Source: Chrysomallon squamiferum (taxonomy: Eukaryota; Animalia; Mollusca). From it: DNA of 64,000 nucleotides. The stretch is from assembly GCA_012295275.1 (NCBI GenBank), contig CM022672.1, positions 3,162,001 through 3,226,000 on the forward strand, given 5' to 3'. Shown piece after piece: positions 28,262 through 42,939 of the stretch. The notes under the pieces are model-generated. The model was not told where the DNA came from. It did not search any database and worked only from the letters and a program-made list of their open reading frames with translations. The position numbers were made by a program, and so were the translations under genes. Position 1 is the first letter of the stretch; every line of letters starts with the position of its first letter.

Positions 28262-31200
28262 AGATAGATATTGATAGACAGGCAGACAGACACAGAGTGA
28301 AACATAGTGACTGAATTTTATATTATTTTTATCATCATCATCATCTTCATCACCATCATCATCATCATCATCATCATCATTATTATTATTATTATTTGTC
28401 AGTACTATTTGGTGTTTCACAGGTATTGTATATTTTAATATAAGTTGAGTTGAGCTTTATTTTTTGTAATGTTTAAGTTATGACTTAGGCTTATTAAGAT
28501 AATTTACATTGTAACATGATAAAGGCTGGCTGAATGCTTTTATCTGGGACATTTTCAGATATTTCTAACTCTGGTGTCAAAATATTAGAATTAATTCTGT
28601 TATTTGATACTTTGCATGAGGTTTTTTTTAGCTGGATATGTTTCAATTGAAGATAATCTTTTTTATATGAAATCTTGTACCTGTTTTTTAATTTTTATCA
28701 GGTACATTTCGCATTCATAAGTATGTACATGTTCAGATGTGATCACCTCAGATTTCTCTTACAGAATTTTTATTACCAGATTAGTCTATGTAACATCCAG
28801 AATCAGCTATTATAAATCATACAGTCTATTTCTAATTTATTCTAACACCAAAGGTTCCACATACCCAATAAATCATTTTCAATACCTCGTTCTTCTAATA
28901 TTAGGCTTAAAAAGCTTTTCTTACAGAATGGCAAGACAACAACAACAAACAAACAAACACAACAAAACAAAACACCTCTTTGATAAAGATTTTAACTTGT
29001 TTATCAGAGAACTTGGTTACATTACATCAAAATGTATCTCTTTTTCTTTTGTCATTATAATAGCTGTCTTTGATAAAGCCCACACTTTGTCTGATGCAGA
29101 GTTGATTTAGATGATGGGGCTGGCTTGGCTGTAAAAAGAGATGGAAGGGAAAGAAAAGAGAGGTGAAATAAAGCTGGTGAAATCAAAGAAAGCAGCAGGT
29201 GTTAATTATTAACCTCTTTGTACACACTCTGCAGATTTACAACTCAGGTGTCACGGCTGTAAGCGTTTTCACAGTTCCACTCACCCTGTTCCCAGCACTT
29301 TGTCTCAGAAGTAGGAGAATTAAACACTGTTAATTGTGTGACAGGTACTGGCATTATCATCACTTTCATGTGTATATATATATATACTGAGTCATGACGG
29401 TTTTAGAGAACGATCCACTGTTATGCTTGTTTTTATGCTCTTTCTATGATATTTTCAGTATTCTGTCATTTAGTTTCAAAAGTGTATTTTTTTATTTTGT
29501 TTTTCTGGTGACATATCTATGGAATGTATTTTCATACAGCACCTAAGGACATAAAAATTGAAAAATAAAAAAATAAAAATAAAATTAATTAATAAAATAA
29601 ATAAAATAATAATAATATAAAAAACTTTTATTCAGTGGTTCTTAACCTTTTATTTTTCATTGCTGCATTACAATTAATTTTTAAGGTTGGGGCCCAGGCT
29701 ATAACAGAATTATGTTCAATTCTGTGGGGTAGTTATAAGCATTTGCACATCATAATAAAATGATATATATTTTAGTGTTGCCCTGTATTCTCCTACTATC
29801 ACAGTGACGTGCTACCACCCAAGATGAGAATTGCTGTTCTGAGATACATGTTGAAAGACAAATATATAGACGTAATGCTAAATTATTAAAATAAATATTG
29901 GACAGGAGTGAAAAAAAACAAAAGATGGTGTTAAAACAAAAAAACATATTTTTAAAAAATTGTGTTTTTCTCTGATACTTCTGAAGGTGGCATGTATCTG
30001 TTGTTTCAATTATCCACATAAATAATGTCAACCAGGACTGTAAAACTGAAATACATTCACTGTAAATTATACTGGAGTTGTCTCACCTTGATGTTTACAG
30101 ACATGTTTATTTGAAAGTTTAAAAGTTCTGTGAGGCAGACATGTTTTTTTTTTCATACCTATTGCAGACAAAGCCATAAAAAAAGAGGTACAAAATGATG
30201 AAAAAAATAAAATTTAGCTGACTTATTCATTTTGATAGACACTGGTAAAGAAAAAAGAAAGAATAACAATATCAAATACTTTACAAGTGCAGAACAACAA
30301 AACAACAAACACAGAGGGTTGTAAGGTTATGTAAACATCATGTGTTAACTTTGACACAACAACTTAGGACCAAGAAGATAATAAATAAATAAATAAAAGA
30401 AAGAATGAAAAAAAAAATTAACTACTCCGTCCAAAAAAACATAAACATACATGAATATAAAACTACATCCAAGCTGTTTCCACTCTGATATAACTGCTGT
30501 GTCTTCACTCTCCTTGGGGAAATCTTTTGTGTGTCCTCCATCTTCCTCAACATGTGTTTTGCTGGTAGTGAAATTTAAATCTGTTCCTGAATGGTTTTCC
30601 TATCAGAGAGTCTTCAGATCCAGCAGATAAGGACATGCGGAACACATTATCTCTCGAAAGTAAATAACAGGAAAAATTTACTTCTTTTATTTCTTTCTTG
30701 CCACTAGAAATATTTATTTGTCTGCAAACGCCCAGGAAAGATGTTAGGTGTCGAAGCAGGGAAGGCAGCCGATGAAAGTTCAGTATTAATAAATGTAGAA
30801 TTTAGAGAATTATTATTATTATTTTAATTTTTGAGGGAGAGTATAATTACAGAAAGATGAAAAAGAAATCTGTGGTGACAGTTTGGATGTGAGGAAGTTT
30901 TGAGAAGAAGTCACCTGAATTAATAAATGCAGGAAGTTTTGTTAAAACTAAATGTTAAGAGAAAGAAAGAAATATGTTACAAAAGTTGAGATATTTCATG
31001 AAATAAAGAGAGAAAAATAACTGGCATGAGTTTTAATATGTCAGAATTTCTTGGCTGTGAAAAAAATATAAAATCAAAATAATAAAATAAATAAATAAAT
31101 AAATAAAAAAGTAAAAAAAGTAAGAAATAAAAAAGTAAGAAATAAAAAAATAAAAATGAAGAGAGTAAAAACAAATTAAATAATAATAAAAAAAAATATC

Positions 31201-31529
31201 GGTGTCATCTAACAAAACAGTATAAAAAAAAATATAAAAAATATTCCTGGCCTTACAACAGTCTATTAATCACAAATATAAATGTGAGTTGTCTTTATTT
31301 ATTTATATTCTGTCATAACTGTCAGAGATTAGGAAACAAAAACCCTGTAAAGTAAATAATTCGCTTTACCTCGTTTACCCGCCTCGTTCTGACAGTGTGT
31401 GTCGCTGTGACGTGTGAAACTTCGTAGAATGTGTTAGTGGCAGCAGTGTTAGAATGTTACTGTGTTAGAGGACATTCCACAGAATAAAAATATTCATTTT
31501 ATTTCTCTGTTTATTTCTGATTGGCATGT

Positions 31530-31566
<37 letters not shown>

Positions 31567-31677
31567 GTATGTATGACTGTATATATGGGTATCTTTGTAG
31601 GTGTGTGTGTATGTAGGTATCTCTATATGTGTATATGTATTTATGTGTATAATTGTGTCTGGGAGATATCTAGTTAA

Positions 31678-32358
31678 AACAGGTGTAAGGAAAAAATGGC
31701 ACCAGAAAAAAGGCACTTGGGAAAAAAAAGCACCTGAATTTTTTTTTTATTATTACTTACTAACATTTGGTTATTGGTGGTAGGTGAAGTCCTGCTTACA
31801 AAAACAATTCATGATTGCACATAAAAAACACATAAAAAAAAACAGGGCACAAATAATATTTGAGATAATGATGTGATGTCAGAAACAATATAAACCACAG
31901 CTAATATCATCTTTAACAATTGTTGATAGTTCATAATTAAACGGTCAGTCAAAACAAATGTAAACCAAAAACAACCCCCTGAATATATATATATATATAT
32001 AGTGTAAGATATGTTTGATTTGACAGAATGATATCATTCTGAAGGATATTTTAACTGTGGTATGCATATTAGCATCAAATACGTCTATGTATGTGTGTGT
32101 TGGTATATATATATATATATATACATGATTGTGTGTGTGTGATATTAAACTCTGATATAACACTGTACTTTGTTAAGCAAAACCAAGTGGTTGAGTGATG
32201 CTATATATTAATATACATGTGTGTAACAATATTGCAAGAATAAATGGTAATTTCAAAAGTACTTTTAAGGGGTTTTTTTTACAGAAAAATAAATAAGGTG
32301 CCCGTTTTTCCAAATTTGCATAGTGCCATTTCTTCCAGGTGCCATTTTTCAACCTGTT
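31678..32358. mobile_element. MITE-like element with AAAA(T/A)GGCAC-repeat terminal inverted arms
   Basis: Left arm AACAGGTGTAAGGAAAAAATGGCACCAGAAAAAAGGCACTTGGGAAAAAAAAGCACC. Right arm reverse-complements to AACAGGTTGAAAAATGGCACCTGGAAGAAATGGCACT..GGAAAAACGGGCACC. Non-coding AT-rich interior; no clear TSD. Confidence 0.7.
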
Positions 32359-33956
32359 GATAGCCACAGCAGTCCTTCTTACAGAACTCACTGTGATCTT
32401 TATTATTCCAGTGATTTTTCCCAGCAAAGGATGTGGTTTGTTCTTTCGTGTCTGTGGAATGGTATTTTGCTGTCATTTAATAACAGTAATCCTTGACAGT
32501 GCAGAATGTTCTCTGTTCTCTTATGTACATATTATTAAAATGTATTATGTGTTCTTTATATGCTGGAATGATTAAAAACAACAATCTTTGCCGAAAATAG
32601 TTTTATTACTTTGAGTTTCAGACAGAACAAAAATAGTTTGGCAAAGAAGAAGGTGCTTTAAAAATTAAAGAAAGTATTTTGAAACAAATGGTTTTTAAAT
32701 GGAAGCATACTGGCTCACAAATGTTTTGTTATTTGCCATTATATCTCAAAAAGTTCAACAACTTTCTGTAGAAAAAAAAATAATTATATTAATTAATATG
32801 GTAGAAGTAAAAAATATAATCAGTTTGGAACAACTTAAGAAATATATTTGGCAATATTTTCATTATGCCTGTTTAAAATTGCAAATAAGAATCAAAATTT
32901 GGGCTAAACAAAAGTATTCAAATTTCAGAAATAAACCTAACTATTTAGAATATTTCATTATCCTTGTTCAAAAGAGGTATTAATAAAATATCATATTTTT
33001 GTTCTCAGGACAATTCATATAACGTAAATTAAAACAACAGAAATCTGTATTTTACAAAACAAAAGAAACTATATGATGAAATATACACACAACACACACA
33101 CACACACACATATTATGTATGTTTACATATATATATATATAATTGCACAGAAAACAAGGAAATATATATATATATATATATATATGTAATGAAAATATAG
33201 AAACAAGAAGAATTTATATGGGTTCAGATAAAGAAAAGTAAAGAACTTGGAAACGAACTAAAGATACTTGGCAGTATTTTGACAATGCTGCTGCAGACAA
33301 GACAGAAATGACATGAAGACTGTTACCAATTTCTTGACAAACAATTAAACTGGCTCGGGTTGCTCCTTCACAAATATTATTGCTTACCGCAGAAGATAAC
33401 AAACAAGACGCAGATCTTCTCAGGAATCTTTTATGTTTATTTTTGCTCCTGGAAACACTATTCTCACCTCTTCCATCACTTGTTTATAAAGGTAATGTTT
33501 TTTGGCAGGTGCAACAGAATGTGCAGTCGTTTGTGAGGATTATGTCACAAACTGTTTTCATGTCTCCACCCTAGTTTTGTTTGCTCAATCAACTGGTGTT
33601 TTCTACTTAACAAATTGTGTGTGTGTATATATATATATATTATGTGGTTGCTTCTTTTCTTTTTTTTTTTTTCTCAGCTTATAAGCTAATTTAATGTTCA
33701 CTTGTGTCTGCTTCCTTATATACATGTTTTGGATAACCTGTTTTGTCAGACGTATCATTTCTCTCTTTTTTCCCTCATGTTCTTTCTCTTATATCTTTGT
33801 TGAGTTTTTGAGTGTGTTTTTTTTTTTTAATTTTTTTTCTGATTATCTCTTTCAGATTCTTTCTTTCTCTCAGTCCAGTTTATTATTGTCTTAATTTGTT
33901 TCTTTCTTGCTCTTTGTTATTCTTTCATTCTTCCATTCAGATGTCCATTGCAGGTG

Positions 33957-34011
<55 letters not shown>

Positions 34012-34933
34012 GCATGCACGCACGCATGTGTATGCTCGCATGCACGCACAAGCTTTCTGCATTTATTTATATAATAAATAAGAAATTGTTGTGATGATCC
34101 ACATGAATGTTGTTATAGGATGATGTGCTGCAGTTTTCAAATGTTTCCTGTGTTAATTACATCTCGTCAGTTTAAATACTGGAAACAAAAGCTACATATA
34201 AATAAACAGTAAACAAAAATGAATTGCTGATCCCCAAAGAAAGTTATGAAATAATGGCTAGATGGTATGTATATGTGTGCGTGCATGCATGCATGTTTGT
34301 TTGTGCATAGTGCATGTGTGTATTTATGACATCTAAAACACAGTCAAACAAAGAACAAATTTCAGAATTCCTGATAACTCTACTTTTATCTTATAGCAGA
34401 GACAATTACACCAATTATTTCTTTTTTATTTCAGTATTTTTTAAATTTTGGCTGTTATTTTTGTTATTATTATTGTTGTAAATTTGTATATATGTATAAA
34501 TAAAACAATTTTTTTTTGCTACATATAAACCACTGACCAGTGGTCAAACAATACCAGTAAAACAAAGCAGAAATAAACAATAGAACTTGAGAAGAAAAAG
34601 AAAACAAGTTTTTTGGTGAACTTGATCCCCTTGGGAAGAAGTAGAGTGTAATATGGTGACCAGGTCTGTTTTTGATAAGAAACTCAGTATCATCTCTCCT
34701 GTGATCTAGAGACAGTATCCATCTTCTTACTGATCTCTGTGAAACAATATCACCAGTATTACACACACTGACAAACAATATCACGAGTATTACACACACT
34801 GACATGTGTTTTACACCCTGTTTTTGTGTATGTTACCCACAAGTTCACATTGTCCTCAGATCATACAATAAATATCTTTTCCCTTGCATATGGGTTTACC
34901 TCATTCTCTCCATCTGTCTAGTTCTTGGTAAAC

Positions 34934-35152
34934 AGACAGTTCCCAGCTTGGACAATTCTTCACTCCATGTGCACATGCACGCACGCACACACAAACACAC
35001 ACACACATGCATACAAACACAAAAAACCACACAAGCAAATGTGTACACATTATTAGATCTACCATCATCATCGTCATAAACATTATAACCATAATTATTG
35101 ATTCTGTTGTTGTTGTTGGTCTGCTGCTGTTATTTACTACTACTACTACCAC

Positions 35153-35230
<78 letters not shown>

Positions 35231-35348
35231 AGGGTATTACTATGTTGATTCTGACATGGATGTTTATAAAAAATTAAGAGTGGTTAATTGTCCATGTGGG
35301 GAATTGTCTGAGAGGGGAATTGTCCATGTGGGGAATTGTCCTGGAACC
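34934..35348. mobile_element. Degenerate MITE-like element with GGACAATTCCCC subterminal repeats
   Basis: Right arm has four (GGGG)AATTGTC units ending CCTGGAACC; left arm has GACAGTTCCC..GGACAATTC in the opposite orientation. Confidence 0.55.
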
Positions 35349-35667
35349 TTGTTCCTTATTCCTTCGATCTTTTTCTGACTCTTTTCTTTTTTTCATTTTC
35401 TCTAGCTCTTTCTTCTTCAGTTCCAGTATTTTTTTTTGCTTGTTTGTTATATCTCACTTTATTTATTAATGTTTTTGTTTCCTGAATATTGGTAATGAAT
35501 TTATCACTGCTTTTTGTACCTAACTTTGTCTGTCTGTCAACCTGTCAGTATGGTTTGTCTTTCAGTCCATTTTATCTAATTTCTTTACTTCTGTTTCCTT
35601 CTGTTTCTTAGTCTTTCTCTTTCAATTCTAAATAGAAAAGCACACACACTCACCTGTATATATATAC

Positions 35668-35749
<82 letters not shown>

Positions 35750-35799
35750 CCATACATACATACATATACATACATTCATACATACATACATACATACAT

Positions 35800-36320
35800 A
35801 CATACATACACCCATACATACAGATATCACGTCTACACATATATACACTAACTCAGAGAAAAATACATACATACATGCATTTGCATACATACATACATAC
35901 ATACATACATACATACACCCATACATACACATATCACGTCTACACATATATACACTAACTCAGAGAAAAATACATACATACATGCATTTGCATACATACA
36001 TACATACATACATACATACATACATACATACATACACCCATACATACACATACCACATCTACACATATATACACTAACTCAGAGAAAAATACATACATAC
36101 ATGCATTTGCATACATACATACATACATACATACATACATACATACATACATACATGCATACACACCCATACAGATATCACGTCTACACATATATACACT
36201 AACTCAGAGAAAAATACATACATACATGCATTTGCATACATACATACATACATACATACATACATACATACATGCATACACATACATACATACATACATA
36301 CATACATACATACATACATT
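35800..36320. repeat. Compound tandem repeat: four ~107-125-bp units, each with a unique core plus variable (ATAC)n
   Basis: Core ATATCACGTCTACACATATATACACTAACTCAGAGAAAAATACATACATACATGCATTTGC recurs at ~35824, 35931, 36050 and 36175. Confidence 0.9.
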
Positions 36321-37306
36321 TGCTGATATACACATACATACACCTGTCTACAAATTACATACACATACAGACATACACGTGTGTGTATCATGAACTGTAT
36401 ATTTGGAATGGGAGCAGGATGACATTAAATCTAAAAAAAAAAAACATTCTTCAAATACAGAACTGTCTAGATGAGATGACTCCGAGCTATGGATTTATTT
36501 AACCCCGAGTGCACCAACACCCAGTAATTACCTTGATAGAACTTATATCTCCTCCTTAAATCCCCAGTCATCAAACTAATCTTTTGTGTATTATGCAGAA
36601 CTGGTCACAGCGTTTAGCTACACCGCAGTTTTACATATCCTTAAACGATATCACGGTACATGCAGCAACATTTCGATGATCGCGGAGATAAACTGGAAAT
36701 CCGATGCTGTGGGAATTGCTGGTTAATTGTCCCATTAAAAAGGTGTAACTGGTCTAATCAGAGGGGGTCAGTGCGAGGATGAAACTGAGTCAGGTGTAAG
36801 ACTTGCCGGTTTCGTTTGAACTCCAGCGTGTTTCATTATCCCCACCGATTTGTTCTTATCTCTGGCTAAGATAGAGCATGTGTTTGTATCGATACGTGAT
36901 ACCTAACTATTTTTTTTAATTTTTTAAATTTTTTTTTTTTTTTTTTTCTTCTTTTGTTTTCATATCCTTTGTTGGATTAATGGTGGTTGTGGATTTATTT
37001 TTGTGTTTCTTGGGGATTTTGACCACGTATTCTTTTGTTATTTGAAAATACTGTAAAAGACAATAATGTATTTGTTTTTGTAAGTTGGTATTTATTGGTA
37101 TATACTGATAACTTTGATGTTAGAATAAAAATATTTCTTTCAAGGCTGTTTAAGATATAACCTCAAGGATTTTGCATAATTACTCTTTCTTCATAAATAT
37201 TATATTCATTTTTATTATAGTAAAAATTGTAAAATATGAATGAATGAATAAATAAAATAGAAAAGAAAAAACGAATAAAAAACAGTAATACATAAATAAA
37301 ACCAAA

Positions 37307-37368
<62 letters not shown>

Positions 37369-39364
37369 ATCTGCAAAAATGAAAATAAAATAAACATTTA
37401 GATAGCCATTTTATGGATGGATTTAGCTTATAAAATAGCAACACTGGATATTTTATGTTTACATTCTGTCATAAATCAGAAATTAAATACCATGTCCTTT
37501 GCATACATTAATCATAAATCACTGACTGGAATAGGAAATACAGAAGAAGACAGAATATTTGGACACAGTTCACACTGAAATTTCAATAACTCCATCATTT
37601 AGACTGAAGATACTGATGTGATTTGATCCTGAAAACTAAGCATCAGACATAAACAATATAGCTGTCAAAAACTGCACTGCAGGAGAATTGATCCTGCAAT
37701 CTACTGTGCTTCAAACAAGTATGCTGCAATGAAGTTATGCAATGAAGCAGTGAAGCTTCTGTTATCTCAAACAAGGTTTCTACCAAGAATGACAGTGCAT
37801 ACATATCCAGGTAGAATAAACCCCATGTGTACCTCAATGTACACCTAGAATGTGATTATGTCTTCACTGTACCTACAGTGTTTTCATCTGTCAAGTTCAG
37901 TGTTTGGGCATCATCTGCTTTTAGTGTAGTCCTTTATTTTCTAATTTTTCTTCATTTTTTTTTTTTCATTTTACATTGAAAATATGCATAATTTAAAAAA
38001 AATATATATATTATTGACACTGATTTGAATATCAGATACTTAGTGTAAGCAAAATTTTGTGGACTTCTTCCATGATTTTTTGTTGTTATTGTTGTTTTGG
38101 AAGGTGAAATGTTTTGTTTTGTTTCTTTATGTAAATCACTTGTTAACTTGGGTTAACACAGGTTTTCTTAACAAAACAGAATGTACAACCCCAAATAACA
38201 GTATTACAAGAAGAATATGAAATCTTTTTCCCAAAAATTGAAAACTGAATGGATAACAAGATTGTGAACTTCTCCTACAGTAAATAAAAAAAAAAATTTT
38301 TAAATCACAGAACTACTCCTACATTTACTTTGGTTCAGTAGTGTGTGTAGTAACTAACTGATTACTATGGGGCCTGACAGCATTACTGACATACTGCTGT
38401 AAATAACATACTCCTTTCACAAACAAAACTTTGATTAACCTGTCTGACTGACTTTGTGACACCCTGTGTTTACACTGCTACCATGGACTCAAAGGGTCCT
38501 TTGCTTATTGTTACACTAAATAATGGCTTGTGTGTGTGTCTTCAGATACCTTTTCATTAGCTCTGTCTGAGTACCTGTCTGTGTGTCTGTACTTTGATTC
38601 ATTAGGCACAGATTTGTCAGTTATCAGTTTATCTCAATCTTTTTGTTCTTCTATAAATTAATATGTATTGTCTAATATATATAGTTCTTGTTAGTATTTC
38701 TTCTAATTTTTACTACTAATACTTTTATTTATTACAATTGTTACCAAAACTACTACTACTGCTACTGTTACTACTGTTACAATTGTTAATAAACAAAATT
38801 AATGCTGTTTTGCTAATCACATAAACTACTTTATCAACAAGCTCTAATATTTTTAAACAAAAGAAATTTAACTTTCTTTTATTTTATTTTTTAAACATAT
38901 ATTATTTTTATTTTAAATATTATTATTTTTTTTTAATGATTTTTATTACTCAGACTCTAACAGTGTACTAGATAAGCTACCACTATCACCGAAATCCCTT
39001 CACAACAAAGAACTGCGGTGTCTGAATGCATTAATGTTATCTTGATTCCTTGCAGTATCTCTGTTTCACCTGTTGACTGCTTGTCAGCAGGTACAATGCT
39101 AGATGTGTTGTCCAATGTACGTGGATCCCTCATGTACTTGAAGTGTTCAGCGCAAGGCACTTTAATACACAGACTGTACGTGGCTGTGTTGAGTGCACAT
39201 TGAAATGTTTCAGTTCTGAAGAGATTAGGAATGTTAAAATGTATTGTCTAAGGAATGAGGCGTAGAAATGTTTTGTATCTGTAGAATTGTGAACAGTATG
39301 TTGTTCAATATGTGTTTGTGTGTGGGTCTGTGTGTATGACATGGAGAGAGAGAGAGGGAGAGAG

Positions 39365-39395
<31 letters not shown>

Positions 39396-39398
39396 AGG

Positions 39399-39482
<84 letters not shown>

Positions 39483-39605
39483 CTATGTGTGTATTAATGT
39501 ATGAGACATTTGTGTATCCATGAGTGAAATAAAGAAAGTGCAAGTATGATGTCAATGTGTAAATCACACATTAATGGTGTATATATTTATTTATGTTTGT
39601 GTGTG

Positions 39606-39698
<93 letters not shown>

Positions 39699-39904
39699 TA
39701 TCAGTTGTAAGTGCATTTTCATTTCATGTTTCTTTTTTAACTGAATATGATTATATTAATATATTTGAAACTTTGAAGAGAAGCAAATAATCTAATAATC
39801 TTGAGAGCAAGCTCTTCACATATGTTTATATATTTATTTTATGTTCATCTTGCATGTTGTTTGTTAATTGTAACTTGATTGATTTTAAAACTAACTATTT
39901 TCAG

Positions 39905-39979
39905 ATATTCTATTGGTCTGATCACTATGAAAGGAAGCCTGGCTTTAGCTGACAAAGTCAATGCAACCTCATTTTGTAG
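39905..39979 (+). CDS. IMP3: IMP3 exon 3
   Basis: TTTTCAG acceptor; encodes YSIGLITMKGSLALADKVNATSFC(R); donor GTCAGT; continues exon 2 in frame after a 27.4-kb intron. Confidence 0.95.
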
Positions 39980-41817
39980 GTCAGTATACAGGTCTTATTA
40001 TTTACATTTAATTAACAGTGACTGCGTAATTATTTACACTTTATTAACAACAGCGATTACATGATTATTAACAGCAGAATCAAACTGTTACTGATATGTG
40101 AATAACAATGATTACATGGTTATCAAATTAATACTAATATATAGTTACAATGTAATAAAAATGTTTATTACATTATTTTAAAATTGTTTCTGTGTATTAA
40201 AATTATTATTTCTAATATATTCCTATATTTCTTTTTTTTTTTAATGTAAGTACGGAATACTATGTATTTAAAATTTGATGTAAAATGTACTATTATATAC
40301 TATGGACTCTGTATATATGTAGACATCTTATTTCATTCCATATGTAATTAATGTGTATTATTATATTTTAAATAACTATTAAAATTCTTATTGCTAGTGT
40401 ATATATATGTAAACAACTCATTTCATTTCATATACAGTTGTCTGTGTAATACGTTTTACATTATTTGTCTTGTACGAACATAAAAACTGCATTTTTTTTT
40501 TTTCATATATAGTTTCTATGTAATAAAATTTATTACAATATTTTAAAATAATTATAACTATTAAAATAGTGTTGCTTCCATGCATAAATAGTTCATTTCA
40601 GTCAATATGTAATTAAAATATGTAAATTATATTATGAATTAGTTATAACTTTATTAAAATTTGTATTGCCACATATGTATATATTACCTCATATAATAAA
40701 GCCTGTTGATTAAAAACATCATCTTAGAAAAATAGAGTTTTTCTCAGCAGTAGACACTGGTTTCAGATGAACAGATGGAAATACCTTTAATATGAAATAC
40801 CTTTTATTATAAAGTGAGCAAAAACAGATAAACAAACAAACAACAATAATTATTATTATTATAATAACTGAGTTCATGTTTGGTATTTATAAAGTATATT
40901 ACACTGAAAGATTTTTCCCAGATTCAGACCTTTACATTTAAAGTAAATATTGTTTTAGTCTGTTTAAGTTTTGAAAAAAGGAAAAAAAAACACAAAAGCT
41001 CCAAATTACAAATGCAAAATGTCTCTAAATAATGCTTTAAATACAGTTATTAATAGTATGGTTTTTATTAATTTACTAAAGATTCTCCAAATAATAGTTT
41101 GTTCACTTGAATTTTGTAGCTTAAATTATCAAGTTCCTTTCCTACAATAATAATAATAATAATAATAATAATTCAGTTCGCTAATATAAAATAATCATAG
41201 AGTGAAGTTAAATGGCTTTCAGATTAATGCTTGTTACTGAATGCTTTAACTTCCATGGCTGTGATGTAAATTAAAATAAACTTAATCAGTTGTTGCTTGA
41301 TAAGAAACAGATGTGGAAGCAGTTAAGTTATAAATAGTGTATTTATTTATTTATTTATTATTATTTTTTATTATTTATTTATTTATTTATTTATTTTTTT
41401 TTATCATTTATTTATTTATTTTTTATTTATTTATTTATTTTTATTATTTATTTATTTATTTATTATTTTTTATTATTTATTTATTTCTTCTTGTGCTTCT
41501 TCTTTTTAGTATTTAATTTTATTCATTTGTTATTATTGTTAGTCATATATGTATACCGATATACGTTTGTGTGTTAGTTTGAAACATTTTCATAACCTGT
41601 ATTCATTTTTTTTAATATACACATACTTACATGTATGTGCACATGTATGTATGCATGTATATCAGTCTTTAAGTATGTATCTACCTGTTTAGTTTATTTT
41701 TCAAATGTTTTTATCAGCTGTACTTTATATTTATATTTGTATGTAACAACTTGTTCTACATATTTATCTGGAATTTTCAAAGATTTTTTATTGTGTATTG
41801 GATTGATTTAATTTAAT

Positions 41818-41848
<31 letters not shown>

Positions 41849-41862
41849 CTTATTTGTTTCAG

Positions 41863-41942
41863 ACGCAGACTGCCAGTAATCATGGTCAGAGTTCACATGG
41901 CAGAAAACATGAGGGCAGCAACAAAGTTTATTGAACAGGGGC
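41863..41942 (+). CDS. IMP3: IMP3 exon 4 (start of S4 domain)
   Basis: Encodes RRLPVIMVRVHMAENMRAATKFIEQG(H); ends at the U12 donor GTATCCTTT. Confidence 0.95.
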
Positions 41943-42290
41943 GTATCCTTTTTTACATACTTGTATCACAGAGAGATGTAGTCAGACAGACAGACAGACA
42001 GAGGGATTTGTAAATGGAGAGGGACAGTAAAATCAATATATACATATTTACATAGAGAGACAGAGGGACAGTGATAGAAATACAGAGAGAATGATAAAGA
42101 AATAGATACACAAGTAAATTACAGACATAATACGTAGATACATAATTAGATACAAATATGGAATGATGGAGAAATAGATACATAAATAGAGTCATAATGA
42201 TGGATACATGTGTATTTTTGAGACAAACTAGTTAAAATATCAGCCAAGATGAGTGATATACAAAGACAGTTAATCCTTGACTCTAACCAG
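41943..42290 (+). other. IMP3: U12-type (minor spliceosome) GT-AG intron
   Basis: Donor GTATCCTTT; branch site TCCTTGAC at 42274-42281 with the branch A 10 nt before the intron end; no polypyrimidine tract; splicing restores the conserved EQGHVRVGP. Confidence 0.92.
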
Positions 42291-42342
42291 ATGTAAGAGT
42301 AGGCCCAGAAGTTATAATGGATCCAGCATTTTTAGTTACAAG
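42291..42342 (+). CDS. IMP3: IMP3 exon 5
   Basis: Encodes (H)VRVGPEVIMDPAFLVT(R); donor GTAAAC. Confidence 0.95.
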
Positions 42343-42391
42343 GTAAACAGCCTTAGTACTTTTCATAATGTTTTTACTTCTTTTTTCTGTG

Positions 42392-42431
<40 letters not shown>

Positions 42432-42866
42432 GTATTTTTAAACAAATTAAATGTAAATATGCATATATACATAAAACAAATTTCTCTCAAAACAATGAAA
42501 ATTAAATTTACGATTCTATGTAAGGGAGACAATTCATATGTTAGAATAAATAAATAAGTTATCTTTCTTGGTTCAATATTTAATTTTTATTTATATTTAT
42601 GTTACACAAATTAATACCATTATTTAATTATAACAAATGGATATGAAAGATTCCAGATATTATTTTTCTCTTAACTGCTGCTTAATACAAAGCCCAAAAA
42701 TGAATGATTTGATGAAAGTATTTATGAGAAACACATATTAAGAGTTCAATGGGAAAAGACTGTTATTATTTTTTTATTATTATTATTATTATTATTTTTT
42801 TTTTTAGGCCTTTATTTATTTACTTGCTTGCTTAGTTACTTACCTACTTACTTATTTATCTTTCAG

Positions 42867-42939
42867 AAACATGGAGGATTTTATAACATGGACAGATACT
42901 TCAGCTATTAGAAAACATGTTTTGGAATACAATGATCTT
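42867..42939 (+). CDS. IMP3: IMP3 exon 6
   Basis: Encodes NMEDFITWTDTSAIRKHVLEYNDL; donor GTAAGT, phase 0. Confidence 0.95.

Noticed and set aside
39018-39203. Possible extra IMP3 or nested exon
   Set aside because: IMP3 is complete without it (183 aa); no homology recognised and no good donor.
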